Below are positions 27,101-38,632 of a stretch of DNA of 64,000 nt, in pieces. Position 1 is the stretch's first letter, and each line of letters opens with the position of its first letter. Made by a program: the position numbers and the translations under genes. The notes below the pieces were generated by a model. It was not told the origin of the DNA, did not search any database, and was given only the letters and a program-made list of their open reading frames with translations. The DNA lies in assembly GCF_964194025.1 (NCBI RefSeq), contig NC_134469.1, forward strand, positions 3,534,001 to 3,598,000, given 5' to 3'. This stretch comes from Convolutriloba macropyga. Lineage: Eukaryota.

Positions 27101-29560
27101 ATCCCTGACAGATGACTCTCCGGTCAATTTTTCTCGCAAAAGTGAATTTTGACCAAAAAACAGCAATTTTGATGAAAAAGACCGCAAAGGTGATTTTGGT
27201 GTGAATGGCGATGTCTCCCCTCTTCGTACTAAACTAATGAGTGCCGTAAGAAAAAAAGAAAATACAGATTAAAACTTATTCTATTTTTTAAAACACCGAG
27301 AGATTAGATCAAAAAATTAATTTCAATTTTACTGAGAAACAAAAGGTATCAGGAATAAAGAAAAGTTTAAATCGAAAATTTATTACCAAATATATTACCG
27401 TAAAATATATATTACCTTTGTAAGATATTGAAGATAAAAAGTTTGTGTTTATAACTTTGTATGAACTGCGAATTGACTATCCTAGTACTTAGTTTTTCAT
27501 AAAAATGGTATTATAAATATTTTTGATCTATTCTCCCTTCCAAGTATCTATATAATGTTTTTTTTGTAAACTAATTAGAACCTCTGTAGATGGAGATTTG
27601 AAACCCCTCGTACAGCCCTCACAACACTACCTTGACCCCATGTCAAATTTGGCCAGCCCCATCTCCCCTCAACGAGTAAACCTACGTGGTTTAAGGATAC
27701 TGTGAAAAAGTCAATTAAAAACACAACATCCTACTCAGGAAATCCCTCGTCCAAATTTTCTCATAGGATTGGCTAAGACCCATTGTTCGGCCTTCATTTT
27801 TTTTGCTGAACCACTTTTTTTCAAAAAGATTTGATAACCTATCCGATTATGCGTCGTAATATTATGAGTCTACTGACACTACTGAGCACGTTCAAGTTAA
27901 GAATAGTTGCTATTCCAATGATGTCATCTCTATAAGTAATTTAGTGCATTGGAACTTCCGTGTAAAAAGTTTATTTTCTTGGATTTACAATATTATGAAG
28001 AAGTTTGTTCTAAAAAACATTTTAAAGCCAAAAAGAAGCCTTAAAACATTTAACAGTTTCAAAAAGCAGAAGAAGATTTATTTTAAAAAGCAGAAGAAGA
28101 TTTATTTTAAAAAGCAGAAAAAGAAGCAGAAAAAGATTTTTTTTAAAAAGCAGTTACTATGACAAGACATTTTTTCGCCAATTCAATTGCAAAAAATATT
28201 TTCACTAGAATAGAGAAAACTTTCCTTTTAGACAATACCCCGCATACGAAACAAACTCAATATATGAGGAATTATCAACTACAGCGGAGAAAATGCTGCA
28301 TTTTTCATTTCCTACTCATCATGTTTTGGCTCTGATATTCTCGTATTCTATTGGTTTTAGTATAGCTGTAACCGAGCCTGAATACCGAATTCTGTTGATT
28401 TTTACTCTCGTCACAATAAAAGAGCGCTTCATTGTTTTTGCTTTCATAAAAAATTAAGCATTAGGTTTAGATTCAATCGGTGCTGAAGTAATTAAGGTTA
28501 AGGCTCACGTGATTCTTAATATCTTGGCTTCCCTAATTATCCTCATAAAACTTATAAACTTTCAATTTGATCTAAAAATTGCTAAGTTTTGACCTATGTT
28601 TATGGGAGTAATATAAATGGTGGTGAATAATTATAGATGAATACCAATTCCGCCAGTTATTAGCAAGTTGTTGTGAGAGCATTGTTCAACAGATTGTTTT
28701 CTTTTCTGGAAAAGTTGCTGACAGATTGGCAGTTCGTTTTCCGAGTGTAAACAGATAAAGTGTCAGTCTTAGCTGAGACGACCGAAACGCAACGTGAGAA
28801 TCTCAAACAACAGCATTTTTTCTGGACCATAACATAGCATTCCATACACAGTCTCATTCTGAAGCCCTGCTCGAAATAGAATGAAATTTAGTCCGTGGGG
28901 TGATACTCGAATGTTTTTCATGCTATCTTGAAAATAAAAAACAATTCATGTGAATGGGGTCCAGTAGTAGTCTTCTTTCATGTGTTTGTGCTTTTGGGGA
29001 TATGCAATGATGCAAGTAAAAGTGTTGTTGTAACCTGTTACAAGCCATACAATCAACTAATGATATCCTATTGTTTCATGATATCTGATTAAACAAGTGC
29101 ATCTGTCCATGAGCCATTTTTTAAAAGCAGGAAAATACTCAAAATGAGAAACTCTGAAAATCTATGTAAATTTTCTACTCATTTTTTTCATAACTCTCCT
29201 ATTTTGATGTGATTTTGATCTGCAGTCCATCCAAAAAAGTTGTAAGTAACAAAATCAATCGAAGTCTGTGTACGAGATACGTAAAATGTCGCTTCACGTT
29301 AACAAACTTTCATTGTCCAAGTGTGGTTTTTTTGCACAGCCGTTTAATAAAGGATATCGATAACAGATCCATGATTGAGTCACAATAACGTACACATGTT
29401 TGTCGACACTTTGTCGATCAATGTTTTTCGTACTGGAAGTCTTCTCCAAATTTAAAGGCCAACAACTTGAGAAATATTGCGATTTATAAAATGTCCTCCC
29501 TGTGAATTAAATAGTTTTTTGGGTTTCCTTGTAAAAGTTTCCTGGGTGAATGATAAAAAC
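24170..29560. repeat. Old, diverged local duplications of a ~1.5-1.6 kb unit
   Basis: Units 24170-25790 and 25982-27487 share start (gatgacaacgct) and end (tgcgaattg.ctatcctagt); partial copies at ~27520-27980 and ~28960-29560. The unit begins with a LINE RT-like piece (KNWLHNNNLKLNAQKSQLMWF). Confidence 0.75.
28061..28153. repeat. 24-bp tandem repeat
   Basis: aaaaagcagaagaagatttatttt repeated about 3.5 times with variation. Confidence 0.85.
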
Positions 29561-30800
29561 TTGAACAATTTTAATTTTTTTCTTTACCCTACTCAGTTGA
29601 AACCCATGCATTCTTTGCCCTAACAATACTCTATTGTCCTACTCCTTGACCATTCCAAAATTAGCATTGAAAGCTTTTTGGTTTTAATTATATTATGAAA
29701 GAGTATTTTATGTACCAAAATCTCTTATGCAAGAAGCACAGAAGAAGCATCATATTAAATGAAGCCTTCGAAAAGCAAAAAAAAATTGTTTGTACACCTG
29801 TTGCATCGCAAAAAGGTCTTGTTATGACGATAGGTTGCCTCGCCTAATCAAAAACAAATTTATTTTTGAACAATTGACAAAACTGTCGGGTCAAATAGAG
29901 CCCCGCAGAAATCAAACAACATCAACGCTCGTGAATGAAATATTCGCGAACGGAGAAGATGCTGAGTTTCTCAATTCGTAATTCTCAGATGATAATTCTA
30001 GTATTCTCGTACTATCTTGGAACTTATACATTTGCTAGAGCTCATGACAACTCGAACTGTTTGTTTTTAACTCCCGTCAAAAATAACGAACTCTACAATT
30101 TTCTAGTTGCTTTAAATTTTAACAAGGCATTAGGTTTAGTCGGAATTTCGGCTGAAGTAATTTATATAATTGCTCAAGTTTTGATCAGCGTTCAATCTAT
30201 TTATATTGGAGAGGCTGCAGCAGGAAGGCATTTCATGTTCCCACCGAAATCAAATAAGATGTCAGTCGTAGCTGATGTTTCCAAAATGTTAACTGAGAAT
30301 CCCAAACAGCAGCTACTTTTATCCACTTTCGTACGGCACTCGATACCGTATCTCACTCAAACGTGTTGCGCAAAATCGAATGGACTTGAGTCCGTGTCGT
30401 AGTACTCGAATGGTTTTCAGGCTATATTAATCAACAAAAGGAGTTTAAGCAAGATTGGGTCTAATCATGATTGCAATTAACTAAGTCTGGCGTGCGTCAG
30501 GAATCCATCTTTGGGGCATCGCTTTTTGTAAATTGTGCAATTGATCTTCGGATCAATGCAGAACTTTTGATGTTTTCAAGTGTTTGCAGACGATAATAGT
30601 CTTTTGTAATCTCTTCATGAGCTGATTTTTCAAATAGGAAAGGAAAGTTGCATAAAGCGGAAATGCCGAGAATAAAACAATTCGAAACTGCTTGAGATAG
30701 ATTCACTTAATAGTTCACGTACTTTAAATGTTTACGGATCTCTAATTGTTCAGCTATAGAAAATCGTGCTCTGAATCAATTGATTCATTGGCTATGAGTG
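28170..30800 (+). mobile_element. Two highly degenerate CR1/L2-like LINE ORF2 fragments (~28170-28950 and ~29850-30800)
   Basis: FLTPVKNNELYNFLVALNFNKALGLVGISAEVI (30060-30160), LEWFSGY (~30405), a GVPQGSILGP-like remnant (~30490) and FADD (~30583). The segment 28200-28950 is homologous to 29860-30450. Confidence 0.65.
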
Positions 30801-31039
30801 TTCGTACCTGCTATACATTCAAAGTGTACGAAGCAAACCAGCAGTGTCTCGATTAGGTTTGTATGGGGTAAGCAAAGTTTTTGACAAAAATATCTACTAA
30901 TAATGACAAACACTCTTCGGCCAGGCGTGGCTCTATTTTGCTGAACCATTTCTTGAACAAATGATTGTGAGCTGATTTGAGAATGAGTTGCAGTCACGTA
31001 CACAGGTTTATTGACAATGAAGAAGAAGCAGAAGAAATT

Positions 31040-33740
31040 TTATTTATTCTGGTGATATACATTGTACATAACTTTGTGTATTCTTAAAGAAATACCGAAG
31101 CACCAGAAACGGACCTCCTCTTGGCAGTACTCCCACAGAATCTAGAAGATCAGAATAGTTACAGATAAGACTAGTATAAAAGGAAGAAATCTGAACTCAT
31201 ATTAGAACAAGGTATCAAATAAATTCTTTTTTATTAACAAAACCTTGAGATGATCTGTGGAACGTTTTAATGATGTTTCGTCTCCGCAAACCGAATAAAA
31301 AAAGCATTACTAATCTAGCAATTGAACAGAATGCATCCTCTCCAGGCCAATGAATTCTTATCTGAGGCTATATTCAGTCGTGGTTTCTTGAAGAGCCCAG
31401 ATGAGACGCTCCTCGCAGTAGGGTCTTTCACGTCACGCTGATAAAGGCTGTTCAGATACCGAGTATTCAATTTAGAGTGGAACGATTTCAAAACAAGTTC
31501 AATTTTTCCAGACTGTAAAAATTGTATACACATAGGTTAGTAGAATCTGAGAAAAGGCAGGATACACTTTCTCTCCGTTTTCTGAAAAATAACAACTTAA
31601 GCGAATTTCTCTGCACCATATAGATAGAAGGTAACTTAGAAGATGTTGTACATCCACATATTAAAAGACCATATCGAACTATCGGTTCGATAAAAAGAAC
31701 CGTAATAGAGAATAAGAACTTTTCTACTCACGAACTTCCTGATTCTTGCGACTGCAAACACATGCTTTGACAAGCGTTTTACAACACTGTCAACATGCTG
31801 CACCTCGAAGAAAAAGTTTCTGTCTAAATGAATGCCCAGGTACTTCACAGAATCTGAGTTGTTCAGCTTTTCAATTTGAAACCTAATATCTGTCATGGGT
31901 TTACAGAACCAAATGAGTTCGGATTTCTTATTATTCAAATATAAAGGATTACAAGTGATCCACTTTTGCAGGCAAACAGTGTCAGAACCAATGCATCTCT
32001 CATCCAGAGTTTCTGCAGAGTACATAAGTATTGTATCATCCGCAAACATATACATGTCCAAATATTTAAAACTAATAAAAAATCATTCGTATATATAATG
32101 AAAAGGAGAGGGCCGACTATTGACCTATGAGGCACACTGCTACTAATTACTTTGAAATCTGAGAACGCTCCATTATTGAACACGGTCTTATTCCGGTTCA
32201 AGAAATAACTGCGAAACCAACTCAAAATGACTCATCTCACACCATAATTTTCTAGTTTCTCAACCAGCAAATCAAAATTAACGGTGCATTACTAAAGTCA
32301 AGGATATTACAAAACTGTTTGATGGACATGTTAAATCGTACTTTCTCAACTATCTCAGCGATTGCCAATACTGTACTACTTCTATTTCGAAAACTGAATT
32401 GTTTTTCATTGAATTGTATGTTTATAAAGCTGTATAATCTGGTATACATATATTGTTGAAAGATTTTGCTAACACTAGGCAAGATTGATGCTGGTCGATC
32501 ATTGCTCACCTCAAACTTTGAGCCTTTTTGAAAAACGGAGTTACGCGTGCCTTATTGAGACACTCTGGAGTATTTCTCAAGAAAATGAATTGTTTATAAA
32601 GACAGTTAAGTGCGGCAAAATAATTGGAAGCAAAGATTTCAGTTTTTTCAAGGAGATACATTCCAGTGGATTTATTAGAATTAAGTGCGGTAGCTATTTT
32701 CTCTACCTCTCCATCACTCACTAGAAAAAAACCCTGACTTTACGGCTGGTGCAAAACTGAGTTTCCTTCAAATCTGATCAGATTGTTAAAATTTATTGCC
32801 AGCAATGGTTGCCAAACACTCATTGAACCAATCAACTACGGTCTCACTATCATCAACAGTAGCGCCACCTTCGCTTCAAAGTGAGATTTGTTTGCTCTCT
32901 ACCTGTTTACCGGTTCTTTCGTTGATGTTTCTCAAGAGATGTCCTTTGGTTAAAATCGTACGCAAGACCTTATTGTTATAATACTGGAATTTCTTATTGG
33001 CGACTAGCCTATTGACCATTTTCCTGGCCATTTTGAAACCTGGAAAAACTTTTGAATGCTTTATTGACGTTTTGAATTCACTATTTCTTTTTACTATTGC
33101 TCGATGAACTTCCATATCAAACCAGGGTATTTTTTCTACAAGAAACTATTGTATTCATTGTTTTATAACTCGGGATGACAGACACAAGAACATTATTGAA
33201 CCTTTTGATGTCAACATTTGGCACATCATAATATTTTATACTAGAAAGCTGTCTTTCGAGATCAAGCAACATTCTGCTTTAATTAGCTTCATTTTGGAGA
33301 AAACTAATGCGTTGCTTTCGCAAGCTTGGTCGACTGCTGCAAACTTCATAGGGCATGGTGATGGATGTAGCGTTGTGATCGGTTATAGTAATTGGAATAA
33401 CTTCGCTACTCAGAAACATATTTCTGTTACATATTATGTGATCAATCAAAGTAGATGATCTCTCACAGATCCGGGTTGCTTCAGCAATGATTTTTTCCTC
33501 ACCGTGATTTATGAAAACATGCGTGTACTTTTCAGTTATGCTGTGTTGCTTGAGTAGATGGAAGTTCATATCAACCACTAAGTATAGACAATCAATAGTT
33601 TCAAGGAATTCTTCCAGAAACTCATAAAGGTCCAAAATGAATTTCTCTTTAGAGTTGGATAGCGAATTATGTGCATAACAAAAATACTTAGGGTTAGGGT
33701 GAATTTGGAATAACTTTTCTCTCTTAAAAAAATCAAAACT
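31040..33740 (-). mobile_element. Degenerate CR1/L2-group LINE (C-terminal half of APE endonuclease, RT, 3' UTR)
   Basis: APE motifs LVVDMN, ATRICERSSTLIDHI, ITDH (33279-33650). RT motifs RPASILPSVSKIF, QFSFR, LDFSNA, WFRSYFLNR, VPHRSIVGPLLFIIYTND, MFADDT, KYLGIHLD. Ends in aataaataaa near 31040. Many frameshifts. Confidence 0.88.
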
Positions 33741-33744
33741 GTAA

Positions 33745-33910
33745 GTGCTGTGTTCACCATCCGGCAACGTTGGATGTAAGTCGGAAAACAGGGGATGATG
33801 AGTAGCACTTAGCCGAATGCTGCACTCCAAGATGTTCCCTTCCAGACAGTGCAAAGACGGCCCAGTCAAAAAAATAACTACCAAGTGGAGAAAAAGCAGC
33901 TATATATATG

Positions 33911-33977
<67 letters not shown>

Positions 33978-35980
33978 CACACATAGGGAACTGGTATGGA
34001 AGGATTAAAACAAAAATGGAACATCAAGGAACAAGCAAAGGAATAAAGTTAAGTAGCCAAACACTCAGAGCAGCCTTCCCTCCTGCACGCCGGCGCTAAT
34101 CGAAGTCTAACTGAGAACACGAGACGTGGGGGCGCGACATCCACTCAAGCAGAGATCACACCTCCTCAGAAATGCGAAGCTTGATTTCGTTCGGATGTAG
34201 CTTATAGGGGCATGGCTCTCCTCATTTTTGCTGAATTTGGTTGCAAGTTATTTTATAACGCGTTATGCTGATGGCCCGGCACCGCCCGAGCAAGCAAAAG
34301 CAGTGCGGTGAAGCTGCTGTTTTCGTTTTCGCGGCCTCGCACGTCGTACTTACTTCGCTTGATGCTCTCCTGATATTTGTATTCATCTTTTATGGTCTTC
34401 GGGCAGCTCTTCGCATGAGGGTTCAAAATCTTCACATCGATGAAAGTTCGATTGAAACGAGAGCCCCACAGACTGTTTGCATTGATGTCCAGTCCAGTGT
34501 CATCATCAGTAAAAGTGGAATTACTCAAGAAAATTTGTCCATCGATTGAATGAAGTTTTTGCTCTATCTGCACATCATGGCAAACGTCATCTATAAGGTT
34601 TGCAAACACTCTCTGATTTCGTTGTGTCGTAGTTGCATATATCCGCCTTTGGCGCAATGTAGGGCAAGGTGAGGCTATATTTTTTCCCGCATGGTCGTAT
34701 GACTGGCGTGTTTTTCGCTTCCCAGTTGTAGCGAAGTGCTATTCTATCACATAACTAAGTCTCGGTGAGGTCAAAACCATGTTATGATAACGGAAGCGCG
34801 TTAAGCCAGTTAGTTGCTGCTTTGTCCGAGGCCAGCTGGATGGTATACTTCATTTCTGGTAAATTATTTTCGATTCTAGATATTTCAAGATGAATTCACG
34901 TTGCATGTCTGCTTTCTGTCTGAGACTGATCTTGCTTTTTTCTATATCAATTTGATGACTTTCGAATGAATCATTACTCAATGACGCCAATGGACTCTAA
35001 GATCAATTACTCCAAGTTCAATTGATTGCTCCAGATATTTTGAAGATCTTGTGGGAGGGCGATGTTAGCCCACCCATTGTGAGCGGGAGAGAAAAAATTC
35101 CTTTTCCTCTTGGATTGTTTCTTTGCCGATGATGTTCGGTTTGGCTTGGCCAAGCTGCTCCTCCACGTTGTCCAAAACCCCATTCATAGACAGTGTAGCA
35201 CACAAGAGGAAGCTCAACCTCTGTTCAACCACCTTCGTCAAACATGCATTGGCATTCTGGGGAGAGGTGAGAGCAAATTGACCAAGTCTGTCAAATTTTT
35301 TGTGTATTTAATTTCTGCATCTTTCGGGAAACTTAAACTGCCCTCAAGGCTTCCGATAACTGTTCCCAGGACTCGAGCGCCCTACAAACACAGATCACGC
35401 TTGACTCTCGCCTCTTGGATTAATTTTTAACTGACACTTCGGCAAATTGACAAGATATCCGTACTTGGGACCAAGCTGAGTGAGCTTGTCCAAGAGTGGT
35501 CTTGTTATTAGGGGTAGGATTGCGATTCCATACATCGCCATCGCAAGGGGTTCACCTTGTGTCGTACTTTCCTGGACCAGAATGGTCAACTTACCGATGT
35601 AGAGATAAGACGGGTGGCTACAGGAATTTTGTAAGGCAAAATGCAAAAAAGGGCATAATATTTTCAAGTTCTTTAATGCTGTTCGTCTATTGAGCGCGTT
35701 AAATGCGTGTTTGGCATCAAATAGAGGAAACGCTTCGTTTTCGGGATCATCAAAACTGTGGCAAAGCGAATCTATAGCATGTTCTGTGACGCATTTCTGG
35801 CCCAAGCACAGCTGTATGTTTCCACCGAGGGAAGTTAAATCTTGCCTGATGCAGTCGACGATTATGCGTCCGGTGGTGTGACGCATTACTTCACCCATGC
35901 CAAAGGGTCTCACACCGTGACATTTATCCCGAGCCACTAGTTGACAACTATTGTATGCAATCAAATCATCCGGTGGTATC
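33745..35980 (-). mobile_element. CRE-like (RT + restriction-like endonuclease) non-LTR retrotransposon, 5'-truncated copy A
   Basis: CQLVARDK..GVRPFGMGEVMR, FDAKHAFNALNR, TTQGEPLAMAMYG, GPKYGYLVN; RLE region DVQIE..LDINANSLW..FIDVKILNP; 3' UTR with (TA)n. Confidence 0.88.
33901..33976. repeat. (TA)n microsatellite inside the CRE-like 3' UTR
   Basis: Direct observation; equivalent tracts at 36256-36299 and 38579-38640, and a short version at ~43626-43641. Confidence 0.95.
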
Positions 35981-36098
35981 ATGGATGGCGATTTCTGTGC
36001 ATAACAAAAAGAAATCTTCAAAACCTTCTCAAGAGGGATGCTTAGGTTTGGAGCAAAGTTGGAACAACTTTTCTCTCTTAAAAAAATTACAATCGAAA

Positions 36099-36253
36099 GG
36101 GCCTTGTACACCATCCGGCAACGATGGATAAAAGTCGGAAAATAGGGGATAATGAGTAGCACTTAGCCGAATGCTGCACTCCAAGCTGTTCCATTCCAAA
36201 CAATGTAAAGACGGCCCAGTCACAAAAATAATTAACAAGTGGTGAAGAAAGCA

Positions 36254-36300
<47 letters not shown>

Positions 36301-38303
36301 CACACATAGGGAACTGGTATGGAAGGATTAAAACAAAAATGGAACATCAAGGAACAAGCAAAGGAATAAAGTTAAGTAGCCAAACACTCAGAGCAGCCTT
36401 CCCTCCTGCACGCCGGCGCTAATCGAAGTCTAACTGAGAACACGAGACGTGGGGGCGCGACATCCACTCAAGCAGAGATCACACCTCCTCAGAAATGCGA
36501 AGCTTGATTTCGTTCGGATGTAGCTTATAGGGGCATGGCTCTCCTCATTTTTGCTGAATTTGGTTGCAAGTTATTTTATAACGCGTTATGCTGATGGCCC
36601 GGCACCACCCGAGCAAGCAAAAGCAGTGCGGTGAAGCTGCTGTTTTCGTTTTTGCGGCCTCGCACGTCGTACTTACTTCGCTTGATGCTCTCCTGATATT
36701 TGTATGCATCTTTTATGGTCTTCGGGCAGCTCTTCGCATGAGGGTTCAAAATCTTCACATCGATGAAAGTTCGATTGAAACGAGAGCCCCACAGACTGTT
36801 TGCATTGATGTCCAGTCCAGTGTCATCATCAGTAAAAGTGGAATTACTCAAGAAAATTTCTCCATCGATTGAATGAAGTTTTTGCTCTATCTGCACATCA
36901 TGGCAAACGTCATCTATAAGGTTTGCAAACACTCTCTGATTTCGTTGTGTCGTAGTTGCATATATCCGCCTTTGGCGCAATGTAGGGCAAGGTGAGGCTA
37001 TATTTTTTCCCGCATGGTCGTATGACTGGCGTGTTTTTCGCTTCCCAGTTGTAGCGAAGTGCTATTCTATCACATAACTAAGTCTCGGTGAGGTCAAAAC
37101 CATGTTATGATAACGGAAGCGCGTTAAGCCAGTTAGTTGCTGCTTTGTCCGAGGCCAGCTGGATGGTATACTTCATTTCTGGTAAATTATTTTCGATTCT
37201 AGATATTTCAAGATGAATTCACGTTGCATGTCTGCTTTCTGTCTGAGACTGATCTTGCTTTTTTCTATATCAATTTGATGACTTTCGAATGAATCATTAC
37301 TCAATGACGCCAATGGACTCTAAGATCAATGACTCCAAGTTCAATTGATTGCTCCAGATATTTTGAAGATCTTGTGGGAGGGCGATGTTAGCCCACCCAT
37401 TGTGAGCGGGAGAGAAAAAATTCCTTTTCCTCTTGGATTGTTTCTTTGCCGATGATGTTCGGTTTGGCTTGGCCAAGCTGCTCCTCCACGTTGTCCAAAA
37501 CCCCATTCATAGACAGTGTAGCACACAAAAGGAAGCTCAACCTCTGTTCAACCACCTTCGTCAAACATGCATTGGCATTCTGGGGAGAGGTGAGAGCAAA
37601 TTGACCAAGTCTGTCAAATTTTTTGTGTATTTAATTTCTGCATCTTTCGGGAAACTTAAACTGCCCTCAAGGCTTCCGATAACTGTTCCCAGGACTCGAG
37701 CGCCCTACAAACACAGATCACGCTTGACTCTCGCCTCTTGGATTAATTTTTAACTGACACTTCGGCAAATTGACAAGATATCCGTACTTGGGACCAAGCT
37801 GAGTGAGCTTGTCCAAGAGTGGTCTTGTTATTAGGGGTAGGATTGCGATTCCATACATCGCCATCGCAAGGGGTTCACCTTGTGTCGTACTTTCCTGGAC
37901 CAGAATGGTCAACTTACCGATGTAGAGATAAGACGGGTGGCTACAGGAATTTTGTAAGGCAAAATGCAAAAAAGGGCATAATATTTTCAAGTTCTTTAAT
38001 GCTGTTCGTCTATTGAGCGCGTTAAATGCGTGTTTGGCATCAAATAGAGGAAACGCTTCGTTTTCGGGATCATCAAAACTGTGGCAAAGCGAATCTATAG
38101 CATGTTCTGTGACGCATTTCTGGCCCAAGCACAGCTGTATGTTTCCACCGAGGGAAGTTAAATCTTGCCTGATGCAGTCGACGATTATGCGTCCGGTGGT
38201 GTGACGCATTACTTCACCCATGCCAAAGGGTCTCACACCGTGACATTTATCCCGAGCCACTAGTTGACAACTATTGTATGCAATCAAATCATCCGGTGGT
38301 ATC
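36099..38303 (-). mobile_element. CRE-like non-LTR retrotransposon, 5'-truncated copy B (near-identical tandem duplicate of A)
   Basis: Same ORF fragments as copy A offset by 2323 bp (34253 vs 36576; 35395 vs 37718); about 6 substitutions seen in ~2.3 kb. Confidence 0.9.
36256..36299. repeat. (TA)n microsatellite
   Basis: Direct observation. Confidence 0.95.
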
Positions 38304-38421
38304 ATGGATGGCGATTTCTGTGCATAACAAAAAGAAATCTTCAAAACCTTCTCAAGAGGGATGCTTAGGTTTGGAGCAAAGTTGGAACAACTTTTCTCTC
38401 TTAAAAAAATTACAATCGAAA

Positions 38422-38576
38422 GGGCCTTGTACACCATCCGGCAACGATGGATAAAAGTCGGAAAATAGGGGATAATGAGTAGCACTTAGCCGAATGCTGC
38501 ACTCCAAGCTGTTCCATTCCAAACAATGTAAAGACGGCCCAGTCACAAAAATAATTAACAAGTGGTGAAGAAAGCA

Positions 38577-38632
<56 letters not shown>

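Noticed and set aside
27944-28162. Lys-rich 72-aa ORF
   Set aside because: Produced by a 24-bp A-rich tandem repeat.
33745-33900. Repeated structured segment as an snRNA or spliced-leader gene targeted by the CRE element
   Set aside because: I recognised no U-snRNA or SL-RNA sequence, and the segment lies inside the TSD-bounded insertion at 43409-43814, so it belongs to the element.
33754-34099. ORFs with YIYIYI runs (also 36029-36307 and 38352-38981)
   Set aside because: Translations of (TA)n microsatellites and 3' UTR sequence.
35395-36162. 255-aa ORF (and its twin at 37718-38485) as a functional chimeric gene
   Set aside because: Fortuitous read-through of 3' UTR, an APE scrap and an RT fragment lacking YADD; non-ATG start.
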